64,000 nt of DNA from Tubulanus polymorphus (lineage: Eukaryota > Animalia > Nemertea), in the NCBI RefSeq assembly GCF_964204645.1, contig NC_134025.1, positions 15,847,101 to 15,911,100 on the forward strand, given 5' to 3'. Position 1 is the first letter of the stretch. Each line of letters opens with the position of its first letter. Positions 11,716-23,361 of the stretch are shown here, piece by piece. The position numbers were made by a program, and so were the translations under genes. The notes beneath the pieces are model-generated. The model had not been told where the DNA came from, searched no databases, and was given only the letters and a program-made list of their open reading frames with translations.

Positions 11716-14700
11716 CACAAATCAGTTAATGCTACATGAAAAATTTTCAGTGAAACCGAGCATGAGTCACATAATTTCGTGGATACAAAACCCTGCGCTT
11801 GGAAAATGTCGGTCATTTCCAGGATGCTACGGTGAATTGTGAATTGTAAAAATCTAGACGTACACGTGTGACCTGTTTACAGAACTGATAAGAAATTCCA
11901 ACGAGTCATAAAACTCAGAAGTATACATGCGCATATACAAAACTACACTTGGAGTAACCGCGAGTTTCAAAAACAGATTTAGAATACTATATATTTCACG
12001 AATCATTCGATGAACATCGTATGAATAAATTTTCAACAATACATCATTATAAATGAGACATCAATATAAATATTTTCGGATTATAAATGTGCATTCAAAT
12101 TTAGTAATAGCAACCCCAGTGTTTTAGTAATATTTCACAATATGTTTTATGTTTATATAGTTGACATTTCTTATAATCTTGCACTGATGGGAATGATCCG
12201 CCGTTTTCTATGATAAACTGTTTTTCCCATTCTGAGAGTTTGTTTTTGAAATCTCTGCGTTTCGCAAGAATCCTCGTTTGAACAACCGCCAAAGTATTAA
12301 GAAATTCTTTCCGTTTATGTTGTTGCCTTCTTAGCCGTAGAAATTCATTAACGAGGGGAGTTTCACCCAATAACTCTCTCACGAGATCGCCAGTGTCCTT
12401 TTTCTTCTCCGCATTGACTGAAAAAAATAATTAGATTATTTATTACTTAAAAATCGAAATTAGACACATTGAAATGAATTCTGAAAAGATTAAAAAGCTT
12501 ACTTTTCGGTGTGCTACATGTGATTGAAGGTATGTTCCTATTTGTACTGAGATCGTTCTCCGAAGAATCTGTGAATAAAATTATGTATATCATACATGGT
12601 CATCTTTAGACTAAAAAAGCAGCTGACCGTAATCTAAATCATACGATATACACACCTGTAAGGTTTTGCTTCTCTAATGAGTGTTTTTCGAGGGATAATT
12701 CAAGTTTACTTCCACCTGTAAATCCACGTTTTAATTGAATTCACGCTCAAAACTTTCATAATCAATTTCAATGTATGGTCTAGGCTATTCAATTATAATA
12801 GCGTAATAACATTTGGTAACTTACTTTGTATAATCTGTATTGTTGTTTCATCTGCGGGAAATACGGACGATTCATCGACTTTGTCTATACTGGACATATC
12901 TGAAGAAATATTTTTTGAGAACAGTCAAGTTAAAAGAAAATGTAAAAATATATCTTTGAATTCGAAATATCATATCAATTAAGCAATCTACCTAGGTCAG
13001 AATTAACTATATTTGGTGGCGATGTCATCAAACTAATTTCTCTCGGCTCCATCAGTAAGGTTTCGTCTCCTAAAATAGCAACACAGCAATTAGCAATCCA
13101 ATCGAATATAAATATATTGAATAGGACTTTTTCATTTTCACTAATAAGCTCACCGGTTATTGCCTTAATTTGTACACATATTTCTTCATTTCTCTCAACT
13201 GTTTCGGATTCCTGGTGACGTAGAAACGAGATATCAGGTGACGAGATGTCAGATACCTCCGTAATGCAGTTAAATTCTACGTCTTCATTCGGATTTTGTG
13301 CTGAAAAGTAAATAAGCGTATTGATATTGGATACATTGAAATATAAAATTATGGGGAAACGGCAATACTCACAGCAAGGCATATCGTTAATCAAGTCAGT
13401 TTCTACGATTTCGTCATCAGACATCTTAACTTTGATCATTGGGAGACGTATTTTCTGTTTACACAACAAGTCCAGACAATCATCCCAGCATTTTCTGACA
13501 TGTAACTCACACTCCTTTCTTGAGGATGACCGAAAATGAAATAGCCTTGGAGAAATTCGCTGGTTGTTTTCATCGTTTCCATCCATCCACTCTATTCCTT
13601 TGTCGCATACTTTCCACCATGTGTTTTCACCGAGTACCAAATAATCAGAAATCCGTCGAAAATGTGCTTGAACTAGAGATCGTCTCTTACACAGCATATC
13701 CCACGTAATAATTGTATTTTTTCCGAATGAAGAGAGAACTTTGGTCTCCTTGCTGATTCGTGACACCTGAATAGCTAGCGTATCTCGTTTATAGCAATTC
13801 TGTCGCTCAGCTTGATGGCGAAGAAAAATATTACCGATAACGTAACCGGGTCTTTTTAGGCCCGTTGTAGCAGAAATACGCTTGCAGTCTCCAAATGTCC
13901 TTTCTTCATTTTCAGCTAATAGGGAACTTAGCGGAATCAAACGGAAGACATCAGCCATATGAGCGGTAATCGAATGGAAATATGATCCATAGAAGCGACG
14001 TTTTGTTGTCTTTTTTGTTGACGGGATACCGATTACTTTTTCACAAAGAAATCCGAACTCGAATGTCAGATTATATAATCGAAGGATGAGCTTTTGCGAA
14101 CGTTCACTTTCCGGGCTGTAGGCTATATCACTGATTTCTGCAAGTGAAGATACAACTCTTAAAATATCTATTGATATCAACCCTTCTTTTTCCCATCTTT
14201 CACAGTGATTGCACAATCGTACAAGTTGTAATCGGGCATCACTCCCTTTAATCTGTGTCTTTCCTGCTAATAACTGGTCGTGGAGACATTTCATTTTTCG
14301 TTTGATTTCCTGGTTTTCTATATGTTCCGGTAGTTCTTCCATGATTAACTTGGACATATTTGCGATATCATGTAGAGTTTCGATTTCGACGATTTCGTAA
14401 TTATTGGAATTTAAATCATCCAGGGAAGCAGTTGGTGAATTGAACAGGACACTTGGGACTCGCTTTACGCCGGAAAGTTCTTCGGATAGTGCTTGCTGTA
14501 AGTCGGCTTTCAATTTAAGCTCCGAAATATCAAAATTACGGGCTAAAAGTTCTCCTCTGATGTCATCGACCTTTAAGTTGCTAAAGGGTTCTATTTTGTT
14601 AGCATATTTCTTCCACATAATTCCTTTTGTAACAATGTTTTGTTTTTCCGCAATTGATCGATGACATTTACTGAAACAGTGCGCGAGATTTTCATGTAAA

Positions 14701-17700
14701 TTGGCATTCGCGCCACAGTGGCACTAATAGTGACCGCCAGAATTATTTCCAGCTTCGAATGCGCGTGCCGGTCCATCACCACTAAAATATCGCATCACGT
14801 CATAATACGGTGTACCTTGACTCGATATAACAGGTAACCCAAGAGATTTCAAGTCTTCTAATCTTGTATCCATATATATCAATTGGTCTGCCTCGCTAGC
14901 TCCAGATCGGCCGATTATATTTATCTCGGGTATTTCGACGACTTTTTGGATATTGATAGATCTTCTTTTTGGATATTTAATACGATATTCTTCATCCGTC
15001 AAATAAACAGCGCGATCATATATAAACTGAATCATAACCATGAAATGTGAATGTCCAGCAATACTACTGTGGTCATGCCAGTTTCATGTGTCGGGTCTGA
15101 TGGAAATCGCGAACACAGTGACGAAGAGAATCGACAAAGCAATTTGCGCTTCGAGATTCACCGATTGTACTTAGATATGATTTCAATTCTTGGTTAGACA
15201 TATTTTCGTCAAAGTCCCGCAGAATTCCTAATTTCTCGTGACGGTCTAGTGCATCCTGTCGAATATTTTCTAGCGCCCTTTTTCGACCATACACAATTAC
15301 TTTCTGTACTTCGAGTTTTCCATTCGAATTGATTATTTCTTTTTCGAATTCCTTCGGTGCTACAAGTTCACCCAGATTGATTTCCCCACTTTCAATTTTT
15401 CCTTTTATTTCGTTTGATAGTTCCTTTGCGCTGCGCTCACATGGTAAGGTGATGTGACCATAAAGACGCTTTTTGCAGCGTCTCACACGCTTTGGGATAT
15501 CTCTTCCTGATATCACGACATTAGTATTGAATTTGTCGACATTTATTCCTTGCAATTTCGCATATTCCTTTAAGATCTGACCCCCCTTTTTACTTATTTT
15601 ACCATCGTTTCCAGTAACATTATATTTTCTTGCCATCTCCGACCAGTTTATATGTGTATTTTCCTCCAATGTACGTATTTCAGACAGAAAATCTGTTCTT
15701 TCAAAATTGTAGGCGTCGAGACAACCAACCGGATTCTTTTTTGCTTGAGTACCGCTTTCCTCGGAGATTATACTTTGAGCAACACGATTTGCTGCAGTGG
15801 ACATTTTCTCAAAATATGTTGCCTTAACACGACGGTCATGGTGAGCGAAAGAAACTCCGATTGCTAATAATCGATTGTCGTCATCTTTAATTAACTGGTC
15901 ACGTATTCTCCTTCTAGCGTTTTTCATTGTTTCATTAGTGGAGTTTGATTTCTGATAAACCGCCTGTAAATAAATGGAATTCGAATATTGATTAACATAC
16001 AGTTTGAAATTGAAGATTATAAATCCGATACATATCTTTCAATTCATATCGTCTCATCGTGATAAGCTGTAATAGAACCGAACAGTTTCAAAACTTTAAC
16101 TCTTCTGTTAAATCGAGGAGTGTTGCAATTAAGATTATACATGTATGCAGAACTCCAAACTTTGCAATGCATTGCCCGATTATTTAGAAGTGAGCGCTGT
16201 AGAGTGTATAAATTTCATTTTATCAGCCCATAGTGAACAAAATGGACTTTCCCGCCGGAAATAAGTTAAAAAGAAAGATGTAGCTTTTAAGTGAAAACTA
16301 TTAGCACTCGGGAGTCTACTTGAACTAAAGCGACTGCAGTTGATAATAGGATTAACGTGCTGTATAATAAACATTATTGCAGCAATTCTGAAATTCGGGT
16401 GCGTATTTTTTTTACTAACGAAATAGGCGTTGCACCAGCCCAGGCATATATACCTATCAGGATGCAATGCAATAGACAACAATTTGTTAGATGGTTTTGT
16501 TTACGGTATATATAACTCTGTAAAATGGATATAAACAATTAAATATTGAAATATTGAAGAAATGAAATTACCTTGATAGCATCTTCAATTGGCTCTTCAT
16601 ACGATTTCTCAAAAATGGGCTTTACTGATTCGATGATTCTTTTTGCAGCCTTTCTTGCGGCCGTTTTCTGTTTGTTACGGGGCGGTTTCGCATTGGTAAT
16701 TTCTTTGAGAACCTCTCTACACACAGTGGAAGCAGATGATAGTCCTTTGTCTTTTTTGCTGACATGGAGACAACTAATATGACCGTCACGAGACTTGCAA
16801 GTAATACATCCCTTAAGAGTATGGGATTCCTTTATATTTTGCGGAAGCTTGAGCCAGCATTCATGAGAGAAATACTGTAAAAATTCTTCTTTTTCACCGT
16901 TTTGATTTTTATGAAGCCAGTACTGTCTGTCCTTGAGCACAAGTTCGATCCGTTTTATTTCTCTCGCAAAAGTATTAGAATCCTTGAATTTCAAATTTCG
17001 TAAATCTTTCGTGATATTGTTATATAGATTGTATCTTTCACCGGCTGTCAAATGCGAGTTATGACGAGGTTTTGACTCACGTGAATGGAGAAAATGTTTG
17101 TCTTTTGTCACTCTAGCTGCTAAAACTTTGACAAAATTACAGTAATCCATGATCGAGCATGTACCATGTTTTTAACGCAAAGCCTAAGTCAGAGAACATT
17201 AAATCTAAAAACACATTTGTTTGTGGTTTATGTTAGTTGTATTTCCCGCCAAATAGTTGTTGCCGACCAACGCGCAACAGTTTTAATTTTCCCTGGTTTT
17301 TAATTTCGGAGTTTTATATTTTGAATGGAGTTTTGTTTACAGGATATAACAAATATTTTGGACAAATACAAATAGTTACATCAATATTATTAAGTGAAAA
17401 TATTCTAAAGGTCTGTAGAAGGATAAAAATGGCTAATTCGTAAACAAAATCCATTCCTGTATCTCATTGCCGTTCAATCACAGCGCTTATAATTTCTAAG
17501 AAATCTCATATATTATTAATTTACTTATGCAAGATACTGTAAATAATTCCTTTAATGCGTAGTAGTTGTATCAAATTTAAAGTTGTAGGTAATACAACAA
17601 ATATAATTGTCTTGTGAACTTTTATTCTGTCTGAACTATACGCATCACATGTGTACAGCAAGCGCTATGTGTATAGTGATTGACGTCATCCTTCCTAGCA

Positions 17701-18292
17701 GTGTTACACTGCTGTACTATTTTTAGCATACGTCACAAATCTTTTACTGAAACCTAAAATCTACGCCCACCATTAATGATATGAATAAACATATAACGGA
17801 AAACGATGGCTAACATATCAACCTAATAGCAGAGTATATGGTCATCTTCAAGTAGTTACTCCATTTTACAAAAATGTGTATACATGATATAGGTCAGTCG
17901 GTTTTTGGTACCCAAAAATCGTAAAAGTTGACCTAGCAGACCAAATAGACAGACCCAAGCTATAACCATATACTTTTCAGTTAGATACTAACCTATAGTA
18001 AGCCATGTTAATATTCATGTATGTAAGTTTTTAGTGGTGGGCGTGGATTTAGTCGATTCTATTCGGATTTATAGGTAAAGTAATTAGCAAATTAGCAAAA
18101 AAACGGGAAAAGTAGTGGGCCAATCCGAAATTTTATTTCACAGTTCTCTTCAGCACATGTTGACCTTTCATATTGGCACTGGTCTTTTAAACAAATCATA
18201 ATTCATAGTAGAAAAAATTTAACATTAATCTCCCTGGAATAAAAACACATCGAATGGGCTGTACTGCAGCGTGCAGCATTAACTGATTTGTG
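11716..18292 (-). mobile_element. CAC...GTG DNA transposon of the CMC/Transib/RAG-like clan, nested in element A
   Basis: 23-bp TIRs with 2 mismatches, CACAAATCAGTTAATGCT(A/G)CA(T/C)G, at 11716-11738 and 18270-18292; TG on both flanks (possible 2-bp TSD); encloses a spliced DDE transposase. Confidence 0.75.
12101..17150 (-). pseudogene. Multi-exon RAG1/Transib/CMC-like DDE transposase with inserted SAP domain
   Basis: Exon 17150-16572 is joined in frame by a GT-AG intron (16571-15964) to an exon starting at 15963. Motifs: WHDHSS (D1), FSGDGPARAFEAG..HY*CHC (D2 + Cys pair), SAP-like LKVDDIRGELLARN..KADLQQAL, IETLHDI, YFHSITAH, AENEER (E). Frameshift ~15080, in-frame TAG 14724-14726, further short introns at 13.4-12.4 kb. 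Confidence 0.7.
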
Positions 18293-18528
18293 TGGCAGTT
18301 ATAAGCGCGCGGCACATACGCATAGGAACGCATAGGATATTCTCTCTATAAACACAATTTTAGGAGTTTACAGTTATAAATGTAAGTACTGTTTTTGTTG
18401 TTATTGAGGCGTCGGGAAACGTTAAACATGTAAAACTTACCCTGGTAAGATGCGCCACAAATGGCCATGTTTAAGTGCTGTAATTAATATTTTACAACTA
18501 CAACTTCAGGTTACTGTTACTTCAAGTT

Positions 18529-18600
18529 AAATGACTTATCTGGACAGTTATAGTTACCGCTCCTAATAGATAAACAATAGTAGTGAGATAATCTAAATCC
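18529..18600 (+). promoter_or_regulatory. Conserved non-coding element shared by Polinton elements A and B
   Basis: aaatgacttatctggaca..gctcc..atagata.acaa.agtagtgagata; also at 45511-45580 (+) and 59686-59752 (-). Confidence 0.5.
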
Positions 18601-18789
18601 TAATTTAAATAAAAAGTATTTAAAAAACAATAACTTCAACTAGCTAGTGAATTCTATTATATTTTTAATATTTTCTTTTCAAAAGAGAATACTTTATATT
18701 TTGAATAGATTCAAATAAAAAATTCTTTAACTTAACTAGCTAGTATTAAAATATTATAATATTTTTCTTATTAAATTTCTCTAATATAA

Positions 18790-19373
18790 ATGTCAAAGAA
18801 ATCGAGTAAGAATAGTATTGATATTGAAAAAAACATTAGATGATTTGGGTATAAGTGATAATAAGGATCCAGTTGTTTCTAATTCTATTCAAGTTAATAA
18901 CAATATTGATTATGAATACTACTTATATTGTAAACACCATCTTGAGTTACTAATTGCTGGCGATAATTACTTTTCAAGAATTAGATGCTATGAAACCAGA
19001 TAAAGTAATTAAATATTTTAAGATTTATGAAGAAGCTAGATTAGCTATAATAAATGATTCTATTTCAGATGGTATTGTCAAATGTAATTCTAAGTTATGT
19101 AACCGGTTAATATCAATTGATGATGAAAATAAATTATATAGTGATTTGAAAAATGACTATTTAGTTATGACTGAATTACAAAAATGGGTTGGTTATGCTT
19201 CATTTCAATTAGGATCGGTTATGACATTAATTTCTACTGGTGTCATAACATTTTCGAATATCAAACCTATGGAATATAAATCAGGTAAGAACGAAAGAGA
19301 TGGCGCCGTACTACAACCAAACGGTGAAACAGAAAATGAATCTGAACAAAAATTAACTAAAATAAATGAGTGA
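18790..19373 (+). pseudogene. Conserved element protein with C-terminal hydrophobic segment (orthologue of 45907-46539)
   Basis: DYEYYLYCKH.LE.LIA and DENKLY.DLKNDY.VMTEL.KW..Y.SFQLG shared with the B copy; frameshifted; TAAATG start. Confidence 0.8.
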
Positions 19374-19399
19374 TGGTATAGCCGTACGGCACCCACACA

Positions 19400-19655
19400 G
19401 TGACGTTAAGAATAAGCCTAGATCCGAGAAACAAATTAAATAGGCAAGAGAATTAGGTAAAAGATCTGCAGAATTAAAAAAAGGTAAGAAAAAGAAATTA
19501 ACTGATATAAATGAGTCACAGACTTTATCTGATATTGATTCAAATAATAATCCATCTGATTCTTCTAATAGTGGAAGAAATAATTACTTATATATTACAC
19601 TTGGGTTAATCACAATTATTATATTATCCGGTGTAATATATAAATCAAAATTTAA
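19400..19655 (+). pseudogene. Small basic protein with C-terminal transmembrane segment (degenerate)
   Basis: KPRSEKQIK*ARELGKRSAELKK...NNYLYITLGLITIIILSGVIYKSK. Confidence 0.45.
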
Positions 19656-19656
19656 G

Positions 19657-20441
19657 CAGATTTAATTGACATGAAGAACTTAGAAGAATACAACAAAGGA
19701 TATTTCTGGATACTGAATGTTATAGACATATTCAGTAGATACGCATGGTCAATTCCAATCAAAAATAAAACTGGTATAGAAGTGACAAATGCTTTTAAAT
19801 CAATATTTAAAGAAGCTATTCCAGGTAAGATACAATTTGAGCAAGGTAAGGAATTTTATAACAAACATTTAAAAAAACTATTATCTGATAACGATGTAGA
19901 TTATTTTTCAACACACTCAGATAAAAAAGCATCTATTATAGAAAGATTTAATAAAACATTGAAAACTAGAATGTGGAAATATTTTACTGCTAATGAAACA
20001 TATAAATATATTGATATATTAGATGATTTAGTGAAAGGTTATAATAATTCTAAACATAGTTCTATAAATGTGAAACCTATACAAGCTAGAAAAGAAGATA
20101 ATTCAGAAATAGTTTGGAATAATTTATATGGAGCATTTGTTACACATGATTTTGGTGAGCCAAAATTTAAAATAGGACAACACGTTAGAATATCTAAATA
20201 TAGAAAAACATTTTATAAAGGTTATACCCCTAATTTTACTGAAGAAATATTTAAGATTAAAAAGATAATATTAACTAAACCATTTGTTTATATATTAGAA
20301 GATCTAAAAGATGAAGAAATATTAGGTTATTTCTATGAACAAGAATTATCACTTGTACCAAATCCAGATGAAATAGAATACAAAATAGAAAAAGTATTAA
20401 AAACAAAAACTCTTAAAGGAAAAAAGTATCTTTTTCAGTGA
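19657..20441 (+). pseudogene. rve (retroviral-like) integrase, truncated at both ends
   Basis: ADLIDM, IDIFSRYAW, IQFEQGKEF (second catalytic D appears as E), KASIIERFNKTLK, FYKGYTPNFTEE. Confidence 0.9.
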
Positions 20442-21075
20442 TAAAAGATATTATAATGAACATTTAAAATCTAAAAGTCATATAAGAAATATGAATAATG
20501 ATATTTTAGGTGAAGATTATTTTGATAATGACAATGATAAGAAACATAAGACGATTAAAAGAATAAAAAGAATAAAAAATAAATTAAACAATAAAAGACC
20601 ATACATGATGTAAGAAATTATATTAATTCATTAGATAATAAAAGAGATATAGAGATAACCGAAGCATTTAAAAGGGATATTGGTCCAGCAGCTATTGAGT
20701 TTAAATTTCATAAAGGAAAAACATTGGAAGAAAATAAAAAACATTTAGAAAATATGAAAAATATTATAAAAATAATAACTGATGTTGAATATCCTAAAAT
20801 AAGTATTTCATCAAAAGTTAAATTTATAAAATCTGAAGATAAACCAATATATAATATAAATTCTCATTCACAAGATATAATATCTAAACAACATATAGAT
20901 GAAAAATTAGATAAATGTTATAATGAAGTAAAAACTAAAATAGAAGAGAAATATTTTGAAGGATCTGGTTTAATATTTGATGAAATATATTTATGACTTT
21001 ACATGTTTATAACACAAAATATAATAAGTTAACTAAATCATAGCCAATTGATGAAAATAATTTATTATTATAAAT
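20433..21075 (+). repeat. Inverted duplicate of the pPolB N-terminal region (~33985-34622)
   Basis: ORF 20724-20996 (EENKKHLENMK.IIKIITDVEYPKISIS..KCYNEVKTKI) is near identical to part of ORF 34072-34818 on the opposite strand. Confidence 0.9.
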
Positions 21076-21194
21076 TTAAACATTATAAAGATGATAGTAT
21101 AAATGGAACAAGAAATGGAAGAGGATTCTAAAATATTAACCAATTTAGTAAAAAAATACGTATAATAAATTTAGTAAAAAAATTTGATATTAAA

Positions 21195-21434
21195 ATGGAA
21201 CCAGAACAACCACAAACTATCAATATTACAAATAACACTGGTGTTATAAATATATATTACAAGAAGTGTTCTAAATGTGAATTAGATAAATCATTAACAG
21301 AATTTAGTAAGCGTAAGATTAGCAAAGATGGTTTTCAATATTGCTGTAAAACTTGTTTTAAACTATATACCAAACAATACAGAGAAGATAATAGAGAAGC
21401 TTATAATGATTATATGACAGAAAATAGAGAATAA
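21195..21434 (+). pseudogene. Truncated duplicate of the HNH gene N-terminus
   Basis: MEPEQPQTINITNNT..KKCSKC..YNDYMTE, near identical to the 10833 ORF. Confidence 0.9.
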
Positions 21435-21454
21435 TAAAAATTGCTTTTTAAAAA

Positions 21455-22053
21455 AAAAAGTATCTATTATAGAAAGATTTAATAAAACATTGAAAACTAG
21501 AATGTGGAAATATTTTACTGCTAATGAAACATATATTTATATCGATGAGTCTATAAATATATTAGATGATTTAGTGAAAGGTTATAATAATTCTAAACAT
21601 AGTTCTATAAATATGAAACCTATACAAGCTAGAAAAGAAGATAATTCAGAAATAGTTTGGAATAATTTATATGGCGCATTTGTTACACATGATTTCGGTG
21701 AACCTAGATTCAAAATTGGGCAACACGTAAGAATATCTAAATATACAAAAACCTTTTATAAAGGTTATACCCCTAATTTTACTGAAGAAATATTCAAGAT
21801 TAAAAAGATAATATTAACTAAACCATTTGTTTATAAACTAGAAGATCTAAAAGATGAAAAAATATTAGGTTATTTCTATGAACAAGAATTATCACTTGTA
21901 CCAAATCCAGAGGAAATAGAATACAAAATAGAAAAAGTATTGAAAACAAAAACTCTTAAAGGAAAAAAGTATTCTTTGGTGAAATATAAAGGATACGATG
22001 ATAAATTTAATGAATGGATTTTATCTAGTAAAATTAAAAGAATAAATGAATAA
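21455..22053 (+). pseudogene. Integrase C-terminal half with chromodomain (direct duplicate of ~19925-20430)
   Basis: SIIERFNKTLKTRMWKYF...YKIEKVLKTKTLKGKKYSLVKYKGYDDKFNEWI. Confidence 0.9.
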
Positions 22054-22798
22054 AGATTTATTTATATTTGAACCTCATAATATGTTAGTTACTGGAGTAA
22101 CCAATTGTGGTAAAACACATTTCATATTAGATTTGTTAGAAACTATTTATAAGAATCATTTTGATAATATAATATTATTCTGTCCTACTTATGAAATGAA
22201 TAAAACATATAATAGAGATATAGTTAAGATGACAAAGTTTATTATATTAGATCCTAAAACAGTAAAAGAAAATTTAGATAATTGTATTAAAATAGCAATT
22301 GATACTTATAAAGGATCAAATACATTATTCATTGTAGATGATTGCGCAAATTTACATGATTCAAAAGTGAGAGAAAGTGAGTTATGTTATTTAGCTTTCT
22401 CTGGGAGACATTTCGGGATAACAACATGGGTTTTAAATCAAAAATATAATTCAATTGTTAAAGACTTTAGGGAGAATATAAGATTTCTAGTTTTATTTTA
22501 TAACAAAGATAAAAAATCTATGCAACAATCATTGGAAGAAAATCAAATTATACCTACTGAACTACATGATGAATATATGAATAAATTAAAGAATAATAAA
22601 GGTTCAAAATTATTACTGAGACTACAATTTCCCTATGAATATAAATTTTATTTTAGAATCATCAATTATTTCATTATCTGTTATATCTTTATCATTAGTT
22701 TCAATTGGGTTAACATTATTTATTACATTATCTGTTATATTATCTATGGTATCATTAGTTTCAATTGGGTTAACATTATCTTTTATATTACTAACTGA
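22046..22798 (+). CDS. A32/FtsK-like packaging ATPase (the tail after ~22646 is probably read-through)
   Basis: Walker A GVTNCGKT, Walker B FIVDD, SGRHFGI and LNQKY motifs. Confidence 0.9.
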   Translation: MNKDLFIFEPHNMLVTGVTNCGKTHFILDLLETIYKNHFDNIILFCPTYEMNKTYNRDIVKMTKFIILDPKTVKENLDNCIKIAIDTYKGSNTLFIVDDCANLHDSKVRESELCYLAFSGRHFGITTWVLNQKYNSIVKDFRENIRFLVLFYNKDKKSMQQSLEENQIIPTELHDEYMNKLKNNKGSKLLLRLQFPYEYKFYFRIINYFIICYIFIISFNWVNIIYYIICYIIYGIISFNWVNIIFYITN

Positions 22799-23311
22799 TA
22801 TATTATAATCATTATTATTCTTTTCTTTTTCTATATGTTTCTTTGATTTCTTATGTGATGCCCAATTTTTATATGATATATATTTCTTACATACATGACA
22901 ATATTTTGGATTATAATAATCTTTTTTTGATTCAATATCATATGTAGAGGGTATATTATAAGATATAGATGCTGTTACATCTCCTATTTTAGTTTCAATA
23001 TTATTACTATCTTCTATTTTAGTTTCAATATCATCTTCTATTTTATATTCAATATCATTCTTATCTTCTATTTTAGTTTCAATATTATTACTATCTTCTA
23101 TTTTAGTTTCAATATCATCTTCTATTTTATATTCAATATCATTCTTATCTTCTATTTTAGTTTCAATATTATCTTTTATTTTACTTATTCTATATTTGAA
23201 TTGATTAAAGTAATCTCCAAAATACTTAATGTATTCATCATAAGGTAATATATAATATATATCTGTTATCATTTCACTTGGAGTTTGGATTTCATATATT
23301 CCACCTTCCAT
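22622..23311 (-). CDS. Acidic repeat protein with C2H2/U1-type Zn finger
   Basis: 229 aa; 28-aa repeat IETKIEDKNDIEYKIEDDIETKIEDSNN twice; YCHVCKKYISYKNWASHKKSKKH; TAAATG start. Confidence 0.65.
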   Translation of the reverse strand: MEGGIYEIQTPSEMITDIYYILPYDEYIKYFGDYFNQFKYRISKIKDNIETKIEDKNDIEYKIEDDIETKIEDSNNIETKIEDKNDIEYKIEDDIETKIEDSNNIETKIGDVTASISYNIPSTYDIESKKDYYNPKYCHVCKKYISYKNWASHKKSKKHIEKEKNNNDYNISVSNIKDNVNPIETNDTIDNITDNVINNVNPIETNDKDITDNEIIDDSKIKFIFIGKL

Positions 23312-23361
23312 TTATATAATATATTTTTATTCAAATTAGTTAAAATTTTGATTTTAAAATT

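Noticed and set aside
16180-16482. 100-aa ORF as a RAG2-like partner
   Set aside because: It lies inside the predicted intron and has no kelch or PHD features.
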